NCBI GenBank assembly: GCA_965112155.1
Contig: CBCOQI010000144.1
DNA from: Podarcis liolepis
Lineage: Eukaryota
Strand: one strand, 5' to 3'
DNA: 64,000 bases
The notes below the pieces were generated by a model. That model ran no database searches and was not told the DNA's origin. It saw only the letters and a list, made by a program, of their open reading frames with translations. A program made the translations under genes and the position numbers. Below, in pieces: positions 1 to 13,831 of this stretch (position 1 is the stretch's first letter; each line of letters starts with the position of its first letter).

Positions 1-916
1 GTGTCTGTCAGTATGGCACCTATGAAAGGTCTTCGCAGATACCTTCTCAAATATCCACCACGAATGAGAAATTGTCTGCTCTTCCTGTTTCAACTGTCTT
101 AGCCTTTTCTACATTGAACAATCATCCTTTTTTCACCAGATGCTGAGATTGGACACTGACGCATCCATTCCGAAAAGAGGAGAGGCATAAAAAGCTTCTC
201 TTTCTGAGCAAGCATAGTGTGGTTAATTTAGTAGGGTTGCCATATGTCTGTTTCCCCCCGGGACATGTCCAGGATTCCAATGGCGAAATCAGCACCCAGC
301 TGGAAATTTTGGGAAATTGGCAAAATGTCTGGGTTTTTGCAAACAGAACCAGGAAGTGTGTGTTTGAGTATCATTCTTTGCCTATTTTTTGTCGATTTCC
401 CAGCCCTATATATATATATATATATAGGCACGTTTTCCCTGCTGAAGGAGGTGGAGGATGGGGGAACCATTTGGCCCTGTTTATTTTTTCTGCTCTTATG
501 GCAGCCATTTTGTCTTAGGCTGTACCCTGATGGCAGCCATTTTGGGACTGGTGCCTGTGGTACTTTCTCAAAATACCAAACGTGCCCATTGTCCCTGAAA
601 GGTTAACCCCTGATGTGGTTCAATCTGTCAGTGTTAAGTACTTTCTCTGCAAGGTTGGCCCAAGACTTATTGCTGCCTGAGGTGAAGCCTAAGATGGCGA
701 TGTTCCTCCATGCATTTCAAGCATGAAAGTTGACCAAACTACCAATTCAGTCTTAACCACACATGGTGGCAGTAAGCTAACTTAGGGGGAGAAGAGGGAT
801 TTACAGTAAAGTCAGGTATTTCAGAGAAGGAGGCAGCCACAGATTGAATGATATGTGTGGCGTCTTCCTCAGAGTATACAAGAAGCAACTTTATACTGAG
901 TCAGACCATTAGTTCC

Positions 917-1893
917 CTTTATATATATATATAATTTTTATTTATTTTAACATATAAATTATAAAATGTACCACAAAACTTATGACTTATACAATCTTTT
1001 TTGACGTCCATCAGCACCTCTGATGAGCCACCGTTTTAACCACTTCTTATGCATTTCTTAACTTTATATCGCCTTTACATCTCTTAACAAATCATCCTTC
1101 CCCTTATCCATTTTTGCAATACTTCCAGTAATACTCCTCACAAAACTTCTTGCAAACCTACAAACATCATCTGATCTTCACAAATACTTTTTAAATAGTC
1201 CGTAAATTTACTCCAGTCTTCCGTGAATTTCTGTTTTCGATTTCGATTTCGAATCCTTCCTGTTAGTTTATCTAGTTCTGCATAGTCCATTAATTTCATC
1301 CTCCATTCTTCAATCGTCGGTAATTCTTCTTAATTCTATTTTTGGGCCAATAGTATTCTTGCTGCTGTTATTGCATATAAAAAGAACTTGCATTCATTTC
1401 TATTTATATCACTCCCAACAATGCCTAGTAAAAATGTTTCTGGTTTCTTTATAAATGTATATTTCAACATTTTTTTCATTTCATTATATATCATCTCCCA
1501 GAAGCTTTTCACCTTTTTACATTCCCACCACATGTGATAAAATGTTCCTTCTTTTTATTTACATTTCCAACATTTATTACTGACTTTATACATTTTCGCT
1601 ATCTGGACAGGTGTAATATACCATCTATACATCATTTTCACCACATTTTCTTTTAAGGCATTGCATGCAGTAAATTTTAAACCTTCTTTCCATAATTTTA
1701 CCCAATCACTCAGCTGTATATTATACCCAAAATCCTTGGCCCAATGAATCATAACCGACTTAACCTCCTCGTCCTTCAGATGCCATTCAAGCAGCAATTT
1801 ATACATTTTAGACAAAATTGTAGAATCATTATTTAATATCTCTAGTTCAAACTTGGATCCACTTTCATCAAATCCTTTCTCTTTAGAGTCCCA
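917..1893 (-). mobile_element. 5'-truncated L1/Tx1-clade LINE (ORF2 C-terminus plus 3' UTR)
   Basis: KMMYRWYITP...CWKCK*KEGTFYHMWWEC is a CCHC knuckle with an in-frame stop. 18-bp TSD agtcagaccattagttcc at 899-916 and 1894-1911. Confidence 0.85.
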
Positions 1894-2989
1894 AGTCAGA
1901 CCATTAGTTCCATCTACCTCAGAATTGTCCATACGGACGGACAGCAGTATGCTGCAAGATTTCACACAGGGTTGCCTTTCAGTTGCACTTGGATATGCTG
2001 GGAACTGCAACTTTCTGCATGGGCAGGCTGATGCTCTTCCACTGAGCTGCAGTCCTGTTGCCAGCGGATGCAGCCATCTTGTAGGTCCCAATGCTAATGT
2101 GTTTGGGGTTTTGTTGCGCTTCTGTTTCAAGGTGCAGTCATTTATGGGAGTGAAGTGATTGTGATAGCCGGTTAACCACAGCAGTTTAATACATTGCCCG
2201 CTTCCTGCAACTTGAAAAGATGTAGCATAATTTTTGGCAATGTATTCAGGCTTGTGGCAGGTTAGAGAGGTTATGAAAATACTAATAATAATAAAAAAAC
2301 ATTTACTAAATAATTTATTCAGGTGACTCTGTCCATGCACTCATTTGTTTAATGAAGAGAGATTGCCTGTCAAAGTAGATATGAATGACTCCCATTGAAA
2401 ATGCCACGTAAGGTAAATGTTCAGGTTGTATCTGCAGAGACAGCAGTTTGCATTATCTGAATGCTGGAGCAAAGAACTCTTAAAGAAGAAAAATTCCTAA
2501 GTATTGAGGAAAAAATAGAAAAATGATGGGTTTTGTTATGCTGTTCATGGTTTTCTTTTGTTGTACATGGTGGCCAATGGCCATTGGAAGAGTGTGCCTT
2601 TGGGCGCGAGGTCAAGCTGTTGGATGGTTGCAATGCCTGCTGTGGCTGTAGAAACTGATATGGGATAGGCTTGCTGTACATCACAAAAATTCCTGACATG
2701 TCCTGGTTTTTGGGTGTAAAAATGGCGTCGGGGTGTATTTGGTGAATTGGCAAAATGTCAAGGAAAACCCAGATGTGTGGCAATGCGATGGAAAAAGCTT
2801 TAAAGGTTCCCCAAAAAAGCTCAACAATTTTGATGGTTTCCTAAGAGTTTCAACAATTCTGGGGTCTTTTCGAAATTCTGGAGAGACATGTTTTGTTGCA
2901 GATGATGGTGTTGGGTTGTGCTGCTACAGATGCACCATGGCATTTTCTTTATCTGCACTCCTCCCAGTGGTCATTTCTCTTCTGGTCAC

Positions 2990-4164
2990 TACTCTGGATG
3001 CACAACTTCACTGCCTGTCTTGCAAGCACTGCGGTTGTCTGCAAGGGATTCCTACATGGCAAGGTTGATGTTGCCAGCCTTCATGTCATGTTTGCAGACA
3101 TCTTTGTAACACAGATTTGGTCTGCCAATTGGCCTGGTGCTGGGAGCCAGCTCCCTACAGAGCACGTCCTTGGGTATCCTGCCATCTTCCATTCTGTGGA
3201 AGTGACAAAACCAGCGTAGATGTCGCTGAGACAGAAGTGTGAACATGCTGGTAATATGGTCTTGAGAGTGTGTCACGGTCCAGTCTACAGGCGATCAAAG
3301 TCCCAGCTGAGGATGTCGGGACCGGGGGCAAGATGGCGGGGTGGGAGCAGGAACGAGAGTCCAGAAGCCAGGGGTCCGAGGGTCAGGAAGCAAGGAGTCA
3401 CAAAGTCAAGGGTCTGGGGGTCGAGAAGCAAGGAGTCACAAAGTCAAGGGTCTGGGGGTCGAGAAGCAAGGAGTCACAAAGTCAAGGTCAGAGGATCAGG
3501 AGTCAAGAAGCCAAATGCAGCAAGGCAGGAAACGTGTTGCTGTGGCAAAGAGCCAAAGGGAAATGCTGACCTTATATTCCTTCCCGGCTCTTGCCACCAG
3601 GTGCAGCGAGTTACCAAGCGGCCTCACCTGTGTGGCTGCGCCATGCCTCTCCAGAACAAACTTAGGAAGGCCCCAGTCCTGCGAAGCCCTACTGGTCACA
3701 GGGCCTGGCTCCTGCACACACTCCTGACAGAGAGGACATCTTTATTTGGAATCCTGTCCTCCCATGTGATCCCCCAAATCTCCTGATGCAGCACATGTGG
3801 AAGGCGTTGAGGCGTCACTCCTGATGGTTGTAGGTTGCCCATGACTCGCTTCCATAAAGCAGCATGCTCAACACACAAGCCTGATAGACCTTCATCTTGG
3901 TATTGGACATTAGCATTGCACCCCCCTATGCCTTTATGGCAAAGCATGTGCTGATAAATGGAGTGCTGGCGATGTCCTGACCTAATATGTTGGTCTTCAT
4001 CAGGCTGATGGTGAGGCTGAACTCCCTGCAGACTTGGGAAGAATGGTTGATGAGTCTCTGTAGAGTTTCCTTGGACTGTGCTGTCAAGGCTGAGTCATCT
4101 GCAAGCAACATCTCTTCGATAAGGATCCACCACACTTTTTTCTTGACACAGAGGCATGCCAGGT

Positions 4165-4205
<41 letters not shown>

Positions 4206-4250
4206 TCGCTCCTTGTATGGATATTCACACTATCATCAGTCAAGCTGAAA
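2990..4250 (-). mobile_element. Degraded RTE-clade LINE fragment, interrupted by a solo LTR
   Basis: EMLLADDSAL..LTISLMKTNIL, then ITWEDRIPNKDVLS|QDHITSMFTLLSQRHLRW..RMEDGRIPKDVL. The reading continues across the 3271-3729 insertion. Confidence 0.8.
3271..3729. mobile_element. Solo LTR (probably Gypsy-like) with an internal 38-bp tandem repeat
   Basis: TGTCA...TGACA termini; 5-bp TSD gagtg/gagag. Unit aagcaaggagtcacaaagtcaagggtctgggggtcgag starts at 3388, 3426 and 3464. Confidence 0.75.
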
Positions 4251-6230
4251 CAGAGAGAAATCAAAGAAGCAATCTACAACAGACCCTCCAAGTGTCCCTA
4301 TTTTCCAGGGACAGTACCAGATTTACAGAAGCTGTCACAGATTTTGATTTAATTCTGGAATGTCCCGCTTTTCCTTAGGAGAAATGTTGGAGGGTATAGA
4401 GTTATGCAACCCCTGAGCCAAGGAGATAAATACCTATACAACCTTTAGAAGACATCTGAAAGTCTTCCCTGTATGGGAATTTTTTTTTTAATGTTTAATG
4501 TTTTATTAGGTTTTATATATGCTGGAAGTTACCTGTCAACCATTACATGAAAACTTTAAGGGCGAAAAATTATAACTTTTCTTGGTGCTTTTTGCATTAT
4601 CAAATTGCTCTTGAGGAATGCAATCCAACGGTGTTCAAATCAATGGGAATGTAGCTATTGAAGCCAGTAGGTTGCCATTTCAACCAAACAAAGCCATTGC
4701 TCATCATATGTCAATGCATCTAAGGCGGAAATGTGCTTCTTCCCAACATTTTCTGATTGTTTGGCATTTGTGGTTCATGTTCATTTCCTGGCTAAGCGTA
4801 GTCACTTCTTTCCATCTATGAATTCTCTTAGATTCTTTATTACCCTTTCTAAACATGAGCCAACCTATCAGCATCTGTTCTCAGGGGGCTTCCCAAAACT
4901 GCCTGAGGTGGAAGACATAATGGTGACCCCTCCATAGTCCACTTCCAGAAGCCAGCTGCATGGGCAGTTGAATCTTACTTCAACATTGGTGATGTGATAG
5001 CATCCTCCATCACACCTGCAACTGTGTGCAGATTAGAGGGCTCAGGAGAGGCCATGCGGCAGCAGAAAAGAGTGGCTGGGGGCTTTGAAGCAAGAAGATG
5101 CAGTTGCCTGAGGTGGTTGCCTCATTCTGCCTAATGGTAGGGTGGTCCTGGCCATACTCCAAGCATGAGATTACCAGTTGTGTATGCAGTGATGCTATAG
5201 CTTCACAGATCTTATAAATAATGGCTTGGGTCCAGAAAAACGTGTGTGGAACTCTGTTTGTGCAAGGCTAGGCAGAGTCCCACCTTCTCCTTTCCTTGAA
5301 CACCATAAAAAGCAGCACCAGAGAGTTGGGGAACCTCTGAAATGGCATGCGATCTGGTGGTGGAGTGGGAAACTGAAGGTACCCTTTTAGCACGAGCTGA
5401 AGCACACTCGAACAAGGGAACTTTCTGCATCCAAGATAATGTTCCTGTTCAAATATCCTAAAGCAGCACCCGCATTTTGTGCCATTTCATCACTGATAGT
5501 GTCATGTGATGTCACGGTCAGCTTATTGTCCTAAATCTCTTTCAGTCATGCTTCTGAATTCTTCCCACATGTCTTCAGTACAATTCATATTGTTGCCATT
5601 TGCCGCTTTAATTTGTTAAGTTGGTTCTGAGTTTTCAGGCCTGTCCTCTAAAGCCTCTTTATATCAATTAAACAATTCCAGGCTGCAAGTTAGAACTTTA
5701 TGCGTTCCCTTGCTAAACAGCTGTTTGCAGAAAACAGTAGTAGATTGTGCACTGTGCTTTGGTAGAAAGATAAATGAATCCACCTTATTACAATTCTTCC
5801 ATCTCTCCCACGGGTCCCTTTTCTAGGCCAGTATAATATCTGCTATTAAAAAACCCCCAGATGCTTCTGTTATCAAAAGTTTTATGTGGGGTTTGTTCAG
5901 GCTGCTGGGAATTGCAGTTCTTTGAGGGCTCTCCTAAGAACTTTCAGCACCCTTCACAAACTACAGTTCCCAGGATTCTTTGGGGAAAACCATCACTGTT
6001 AAAGTGGTGTAAGAGTTCCATAAGCTGTGGAGGAATTGGTCACAGCCTGGCAGAATTTCCCCCATACCCGTTAGGTTAAGTGGTGAGAGATAAGGCCCAG
6101 GCTTGGGCATAGATGTGATGAAACGGGCATCTGACCTTGGTAAGACAAGCATCCTGTTTTTCAGTTCTCGTTGTGTACGTGACTCAACTTCTACGCATGC
6201 GTCAAACTAAGGTGAGGAAATGCCTCTGTA

Positions 6231-6456
6231 CAGTGGTACCTCGGGTTAAGTACGTAATTCGTTCTGGAGGTCCGTTCTTAACCTGAAACTGTTCTTAACC
6301 TGAAGCACCACTTTAGCTAATGGGGCCTCCTGCTGCCGCCGCGCCACCAGAGCACGATTTCTGTTCTCATCCTGAAGCAAAGTTCTTAACCCAAGGTACT
6401 ATTTCTGGGTTAGCGGTGTCTGTAACCTGAGGCGTATGTAACCCGAGGTACCACTG
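6231..6456. mobile_element. Tc1/mariner-type MITE, family A (CAGTGGTACCTCGGGTT TIR)
   Basis: Terminal inverted repeats and TA duplication on both sides. Confidence 0.85.
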
Positions 6457-6962
6457 TATAACCCTGTGTAATCTATGCACTTTTGGAATTCACCTTGGTG
6501 TCTTCCTCAGCAGCTGTTGCCCTTTGCCAAATAACTCTCCTACTGTGCTTTTCATGGGAAGTGGAAGTTTTCCCCCATGACACAATGTATGGTGTGCATG
6601 TGACCTTGAATGAAAATGTCCTCTTTATTTTCTTGATGACGGACAAGTAAACTGGATGTGCTCTCTGCTTCCTCTCATAGGTCCTTGCCCAGAGCTCCCA
6701 GGTTTCACTTTTGCTCAGGGTTTGCGGGAATATAAGACAGGTGTGGTGACAGTGCACCTGAGAGCCCATTGCCCTATCCAGACCAGCAGTCATTGCAGGG
6801 AATGAAGTAGCAGAAATGATTAATAGGTTTTGTGACCAAAAGATCATTTGCTTTTGGAAAGTGACAATGAAAAATTCCAGCCTTATTACAGCTTTGAAAG
6901 TGACTTGCTGTTGTTAGTTTTGTTCTTGCCACTGTGCCTGTTATACACTGTGTGTGCCTATT

Positions 6963-6965
<3 letters not shown>

Positions 6966-7003
<38 letters not shown>
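6966..7003. repeat. (CA)n microsatellite
   Basis: Seen directly; another (CA)n lies at about 4170-4203. Confidence 0.95.
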
Positions 7004-7004
<1 letters not shown>

Positions 7005-7926
7005 TAAATGGGCTCAATTCAATGAGAATTAAGCATTTTAAAATCCCTTCGACCTTAGTGAACTGTATATATGTTTAACTCTATTTAATTTTGACTGGAT
7101 TGTGCCCTATATACATGGCAATAATAAGCAGCTAAGGTTGTAGTCCTGTGCATGTTTGCCTGAACACAAGTACCATTGAGCATATTGGGAGAAATGTGTG
7201 CAGGAGAAATATGCAAAAGATTGCACCATAAACTTCATAGGAATACTGTGTGCATTGCATCCAGTTAGTTACTGCACACTAATCCTGTATCTCTAGAATA
7301 ATAGTTCAAGTAGAAAATGTTGCTTTATTTTCTTTCAGAAATTCATTTCTCTGTTAGATTTTCTTGAGAGCTTGTGATACGTAATTTCAGCAAAAAATAG
7401 GAATGGAACGAAATTGCTTTGCTCTGGATACGTTAGATTTTGGTACTGGTGGTGTGATATTTTTGTCTGCTTTATCAACACATGTACAGATGGATAGTTT
7501 GGTTGCTTGCAAAATCATTGCCCTCTCCCCACTAGAATCTGGAAGGAAAACGTCCAAAGGGAGCCATCTAGTGTCTTAAAAGCATGCTACTCAGCAACAG
7601 AAAAAATGAGCGAAAACAGGCTGGGAAGCTTTCTAGTAGGAAAGCAGGAACAATCAAATTACAATTGGGACTACATGCCTTCACTGACGGCTCACTTGTA
7701 TGCATGCCCACTTAGAAGTCAGTCCCATGGCAAATTCAATGCGATTTACTTCCAGGTTGGTGTGTAATAGGGTTGCGGCCTATATCTGGTCCCCCTTCCC
7801 ATCCCCTCCCCTCCCAACTCACAAGCAACCGTGAAGGATCCCTCCACAATAGGATCCCACTGTTGCGAATGACTCAACACCTGTTCCAAAATGAGTCTCA
7901 CTGTGCTTCTGTTGGACCTGGAGCCA

Positions 7927-8222
7927 CAGGGGTGGGGTGATCCGTGCAGGGGGGTGGGGCGTCACATGGGGGCACTGTGGTAATCCGTGCACAGGGGTGC
8001 TGCGGCGAGCTGCCCACGGAGTCCGCCTGGCGGACACAAGCCCCATGCTGCCATTTCAGACAGCGCAGGGCCCTGAGCAACTGCGTCACTCCCAGGAGAG
8101 AGGCATGGCTTGGGTGGGCTGTAGGCGAGGCCCCACGGTAAGTGCCGCCCCCCGCGGTGTGCCATTTTGTCCCCTCAAGGGTGACACCTGGGGCGGGCCG
8201 CACCCCCCTTCCTACGCCCCTG
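7927..8222. mobile_element. GC-rich non-autonomous DNA element remnant
   Basis: caggggtgg...cctacgcccctg termini; no clear TSD. Confidence 0.4.
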
Positions 8223-8420
8223 ACCATTTACAGGATCTCTTATCACAAAGTGACTCCAAAGAGATACTTTTTGTGCAGGGCTAGGACCAGTTTGGAGGGA
8301 TTCCCAGACAAGGTGGGCTCTGTGAGGATTTTTATCCATCCCTGCTGCTCCAGCAGTAGCACTATGTTTTGTGTATATCATGTGAGTGTCTGAGAGAGCG
8401 TGAGACAGGAAGTCTCAGTA

Positions 8421-8662
8421 CAGTGGTACCTCGGGTTACATACACTTCAGGTTACATACGCTTCAGGTTACAGACTCCGCTAACCAAGAAATAGTGCTTC
8501 AGGTTAAGAACTTTGCTTCAGGATGAGAACAGAAATCGTGCTCCGGCGGGGCGGCAGCAGCAGGAGGCCCCATTAGCTAAAGTGGTGCTTCAGGTTAAGA
8601 ACAGTTTCAGGTTAAGTACAGCCCTCCGGAACAAATTAAGAACTTAACCCGAGGTACCACTG
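8421..8662. mobile_element. MITE family A (opposite orientation to 6231)
   Basis: Same TIRs, TA TSD, internal sequence is the reverse complement of the 6231 copy. Confidence 0.85.
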
Positions 8663-9460
8663 TACTGTTGAAAGTTAGTTTCACTTCTGATTGTGTTGCT
8701 GTTCTAGACTGATGTTCAAAGAGCACAGACGTGCTGATGGAATCTCTGCATATATAGACTGTAAATAAAGTAGTTTTAGAACTACGATTGACTCTTTCTT
8801 CTGCTATGACATGCCAGAAGTGCTCCTCTCAGGAGGGAGGGGTCGCTTATTACCGGTCTCTCTGGACTGAGAGAGATTTACAGCCAGGGAGGACCACTAG
8901 AGAGATGCCCCGGTGTCTTGGGAAGTTGGCGGCCTTCCCGGGCGTGTTTCCAACAGGCTCTGGGGTCACCCTTGCATCACCCTTGAATCAACCTGCGCTC
9001 CCCCAGCTCCCTGGGAGAGGAGGGCTGGGTGGCCAAGCTGCAGTTCGCACTAACAGGAGAACTGTCAGGCAAAGCATCGGCTGCCACTGCCCTCTTTATA
9101 GGCCCTGCGGTTGTTCCGCTGTATGCCATTTGCTCATTCACAGATAACAGGCCATTTTTATTCCATTGAGGGAGGTCAGTTTAATGTATATGTTTTTTCT
9201 CCTCCGAGTTATTTTATTGTGCTGAATCTTACTGGAATCTTGTATCTATGGCAAATGTTTGATATTTGATCAAGTTTCTCTTTTCCCTTCCCTTTTCATC
9301 CCCACAACCACCCTGGGAGGTGATTGGCTCAGCCAGTGAGCTTTTATGGTCTGTATGGCGATTTGAACCCAGGTCTCTCCACTCCTAGAGATCAACACTC
9401 TGCTGCACTATACGTATTGGCATACACTGCAATTATTACATTATTAATATGTATGGTCAT

Positions 9461-9765
9461 AAGGTCGGCGGTTCAAATCCCCGCGACGGGGTGAGCTCCC
9501 GATGCTCGGTCCCTGCTCCTGCCAACCTAGCAGTTCGAAAGCACGTCAAAGTGCAAGTAGATAAATAGGTACCACTCTGGCGGGAAGTAAACGGCGTTTC
9601 TGTGTGCTGCTTTGGTTCACCAGAAGCGGCTTAGTCCTGCTGGCCACATGACCCGGAAGCTGTACGCCAGCTCCCTCGGCCAATAAAGCGAGATGAGCAC
9701 CGCAACCCCAGAGTTGGCCACGACTGGACCTAATGGTCAGGGGTGACTTTACCCTTTACCTTTAC
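9461..9765 (+). mobile_element. Sauria SINE (5' truncated)
   Basis: B-box-like ggttcaaatcc, body gcagttcgaaagcacgtcaaagtgcaagtagataaatagg, (ACCTTT)n-like tail. Confidence 0.82.
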
Positions 9766-12260
9766 GAACCAGTCCCCACATACAGAATACACTCTCCATG
9801 CTAAACAGCATCAAACAACAATATTTTAAAACTAGGATGTTTTACTTCAAGCCAAAATATTGGCAGATAACTTTCTAATGAATGCCCGAAACTTCACATT
9901 ACTTATGCCACCACTTCTGATAGAAGCCAATAACGAGCAAATAGGAAGCATTACTCATAGTAGCTCTCCCCGCAAGATGAAATTGTGAATCTCTGTATCT
10001 GAACACAAGGCAGGAAACAACCTGCTGTGTCAGCAGATGATATTGGCAAGATTACGAAAGAGCCCAGAGGATGACCAAGGAAAATTCAGAGTGCATAGTG
10101 CCCTCATGTGGACAGCAAAATAATTACCATTCACAGTGACAGGAAAAAGCTTAAATTCAGTTTCAGATTCTGTTAGTAGTTTGAATTCGAAAAGAATCAC
10201 AAAATGATGTTGACTTAAGAATGGGCAAAAGAAATTGAAAGAAACCAGAATTAGGAGATTCATGCATCCCTAGACTCCACTGAGCTTAAACTAAAAGCTA
10301 AGCTTACACTTTTTGTCTGTAGACTTCCCCATCAGCTAGTTCTGCACTGTGGGCTTAACTAATGTGGAACTATATACTTATTTGCCTCCCTTTTCCAAAG
10401 TTAGGTTTAGTTTAGGTCCCTGGCTGAAGTTTACTGCAGCCACTCAGGGCTTCTCTGCTAGAGGAGAGCTGCAAGTTTTTACAGGATCCTCTCTGGAAAC
10501 TAAGGAGCTGAACTGCAGATTTCTAAAGGATTACCCATCTAAGATGTACTCCTGCAGATCCAGTTGCTATACCTTTTTTTCACCTCCAGCTGATGATGAA
10601 TAACTCAAATGATTAAATATCATTCATCTTCTACTCACACTGACATTTAGCTCACCTGTCTGCTTACCTTCCTTTTACCTTCATGCTTAGTCACTTGGGT
10701 GGAGATGCTACACAAACTGGATCTTCTCCCTTGCACTAATCCTTTGCTGATGGGTCACAAATGGACTGTTTTCATAAAAATAATAATCAATAAATCCCTT
10801 CTCTTATTACAAACTGTGCCTTGCAATGAGTAGCTTTGGGAGAAGGCTGGACATGTTCGGTAATGTTTATGGCAGATGCTTCTGAACCTGCTGTCTGAAC
10901 TGGACATGTAGATTATGCGTCATTATGAAGATAGTTTTTTTGGTGAGGCTCACAGAGCACCTAGGCTTAATCAGATGAGAACTTTAGATTTTTTCAAGGA
11001 CCCCTTATTCCCTGAACTGAGGTAGCAGCTTTGTTTGTGTGCAATGGGGCAGGGTGGGGAAGCCATCCTTAAAAAAACACCCTGATGCCCCACTTATATC
11101 ACATATGCTTGCTTTTACTCTATGTGTTTGACCTAGCCCACTACTGAGTACGTAGCCCTGGGCTCAGGGGAGAGATACTGTCTCCCCTGGCCTGCCCCCT
11201 TGGTGTACAGGGTTGCAACCTTACTGGGAAGGAATCCGAGATGTGCTGAGGTGCAAGCCTGCTGAAATAGCATGCCATCGGCTATGGCATTCCACCCTTT
11301 TAATCCGTGTGCATGGACTCAAACTACTGTCACGAGGAAAAAGCACACTGCACATGCTCAAAGGCGCTTTTCTTCACCATCCCATGGTCTGGCATGTAAA
11401 ACGGATTCCGGGGCTATGCCCTGGTATAATTTAAAAGCCACAGGTGTCATGAATTTGTAACGCAATGTACAGAAAATAAAATGCAGCAGTTGAGATTTTC
11501 ACACACACACATGCTTTACTCCTATGGATTTTAAATAAATATCCTCTTAATGTCTTCTTGCATCTGTGGCAGAAATCGCTGCTGGAGGGAGATGTAGATT
11601 TGACTGAAGTGCAATTCTTATTCAATTTGCATGTGAATGCTCCGATTCAGAGATCCATATTGCTCCTGAACTGAATGAGGTGGGTTTAATGAGTTGAACA
11701 GCAGGCCCCCTTGCTGTTAAGAGATTTATTAGACAATTCCCTCCACCTTAGAATTATACTTCTATAGTTGATAAAATGATAAGCCATGTACACACTCTTC
11801 ACACTTTTGCCAGAGTGTCTTTGTTATGCATAGAAGCAGATGCCCCCTGTTCCCAGCCAGCAGCTGTGGTCCTCTGATGAGGCACTGTTGCATACCTCCG
11901 AGGTGTGCGTAGCATACAGCAGAAAACTGGGCTTTTAGTGTTGCAATTCCAGCCTTCTGGAGTGAGCACTTGAAATCAGGCAAGCAGCTATTAAAGACAA
12001 TTTTTGTGTGACCCAGCCATTCCATGGAATAACTGCATAATTATAAAAACAAAACAATTTTATAGTTAATCTTTCGCTGTACAATGCTCCAGTAACACTT
12101 AGTTATGAACCAATTTATAATTCTGCAAAATAAATGTGAAATGGTCAGGTCCCTGCTCATTTTGAAGGGGAAAGTGACCAAAACCACACTAATATGACTT
12201 TCATATCTGATGTAGCACACAAGATTGTCCTGGTGTGGGTGGAAAGGGAAGGCTTTCCTC

Positions 12261-12627
12261 AGAGAGGTTAGGCTGGCCTCAACTAGAGCCAGGGCCTTCT
12301 CGGCTGCGGCTCCAATCTGGTGGAATGCTCTGTCACAAGAGACTAGGGCCCTGCGGGACCTGACATCTTTCCGCAGGGCCTGCAAGACAGAGTTGTTCCG
12401 CCAGGCCTTTGGTCAGGGCGCAGCCTGACTCCCTCCTCTGGCAACCTGCACAGAATTTTGCTTAATTGGTTGCCATCAATTTGATTTAATTAATTTTTAT
12501 AATGAAATATTTTTAGATTGTGTGACTATTTGACTGTTTGATTATTTGATTGTTGTTAGCTGCCCTGAGCCCGGCTTCGGCTGGGGAGGGCGGGATATAA
12601 ATAAAATTTATTATTATTATTATTATT
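12261..12627 (+). mobile_element. Short 3' end of the same L2 family
   Basis: Highly similar to about 39165-39500; (ATT)n tail. Confidence 0.85.
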
Positions 12628-13580
12628 AAGGCAAGTTTCTGTAAAGTGACCCTCACACAGTGTGAATGGTTATTGTAAAGGGGAGTTTCTACAGGACCCA
12701 AAAAGAACATGGATATTTAATTACACTTACTGTTTTACTCCCTGGTTTTAACAGGGCCAATTGAACTGAGGAAGGCACAAAGCGCCGGCAACTATTTCTC
12801 CGCCACATTGATTTGCCCTTAGGGGATCCCAGACCCAGGGTTAGGGCTGCTCTGTAACCCACAATCTCCCACTATGAACAGAAACAAGAAACTGGCAGCA
12901 ACCTCCTTTTTAAAATGTTCCTTTCCAACCATAAGGACATGCACCAATTGAACAAAACAACTCAGGCCGGGATGGTAAACTGAGGAATGTTGTGCTCCAT
13001 GTCTTTTCACTTTTGCTTACTTAGGTATTTGTATGCTGCAAGGCAAAAAGCCAGAACACCTTATAGTGCAACATGCTGAGTGTCATACCAGCGACCTGTG
13101 GCATCGATACATGGTGTGCTGATGGAGGCTCCGGTGACAGGGTTCATCAAGTGACCCTTTTCAGTCCACTTCTGCGTACCCTGGAGGACAGCTGTGCAAG
13201 GTAGTTTCCCACCCACCCTTTTCCAAATATACCTGGCCTCCGAACACCAGGTGCTTTTCAGGCAGAGCTGTGAGGGGGAGCAAAGGGTGTGCGGCACTGG
13301 AAAATATGTCTGAGGTACGTAATAAAGGAGCTAGGAGTGGGACCCGTAACCCCACGTTTCAGTGTTCCAGCTAGCCATGTTGACTGTCAGAACATTCCAT
13401 TATTCTCCACCCCACAATGTATGTTCCTAATTCTTTGGCCACCAAGAATGCTTAGAGCTCAGTAATTTTGGCTACCCTTCTCTCTGTTGGTTTTTCTTTA
13501 TCTTAAAGTGGTCAATGATGCTAAGCAGGATCAGGGTTGATTAATTGAAGCTCACAGGTGTATGTTTGCAGTTTGACCTA

Positions 13581-13831
13581 CTGTATTTTTTGCTCTATAA
13601 GACTCACCTTTTCCCTCCTAAAAAGTAAGGGGAAATGTGTGTGCGTCTTATGGAGTGAATGCAGGTTGCGCAGCTATCCCAGAAGCCAGAACAGCAAGAG
13701 GGATTGCTGCTTTCGCTGCACAGTGATCCCTCTTGTTGTTCTGGCTTCTGAGATTCAGAATATTTTTTTCCCTTCTCCAAAAACTAGGTGTGTTTTATGG
13801 TCTGGTGCATTTTATAGAGCGAAAAATACGG
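13581..13831. mobile_element. Tc1/mariner-type MITE, family C (CCGTATTTTT TIR), uninterrupted
   Basis: ta|ctgtattttttgctctataag...tatagagcgaaaaatacgg|ta. Near-identical to 27918-28506 without the nested insert. Confidence 0.82.

Noticed and set aside
1555-2340. 261-aa minus-strand ORF as a gene
   Set aside because: Chimeric: the C-terminal part is L1 ORF2 and the part beyond the TSD at 1894 is unrelated flank.
3388-3487. 38-bp (and 119-bp at 40436) repeats as a CRISPR-like array
   Set aside because: Head-to-tail units without unique spacers, inside transposons, in eukaryotic DNA.
7910-8955. Possible LTR (TGTTGG...CCAACA with AATAAA at about 8765) hosting two MITEs
   Set aside because: The flanks (gcttc/ggctc) are not a clean TSD and the left boundary is uncertain.
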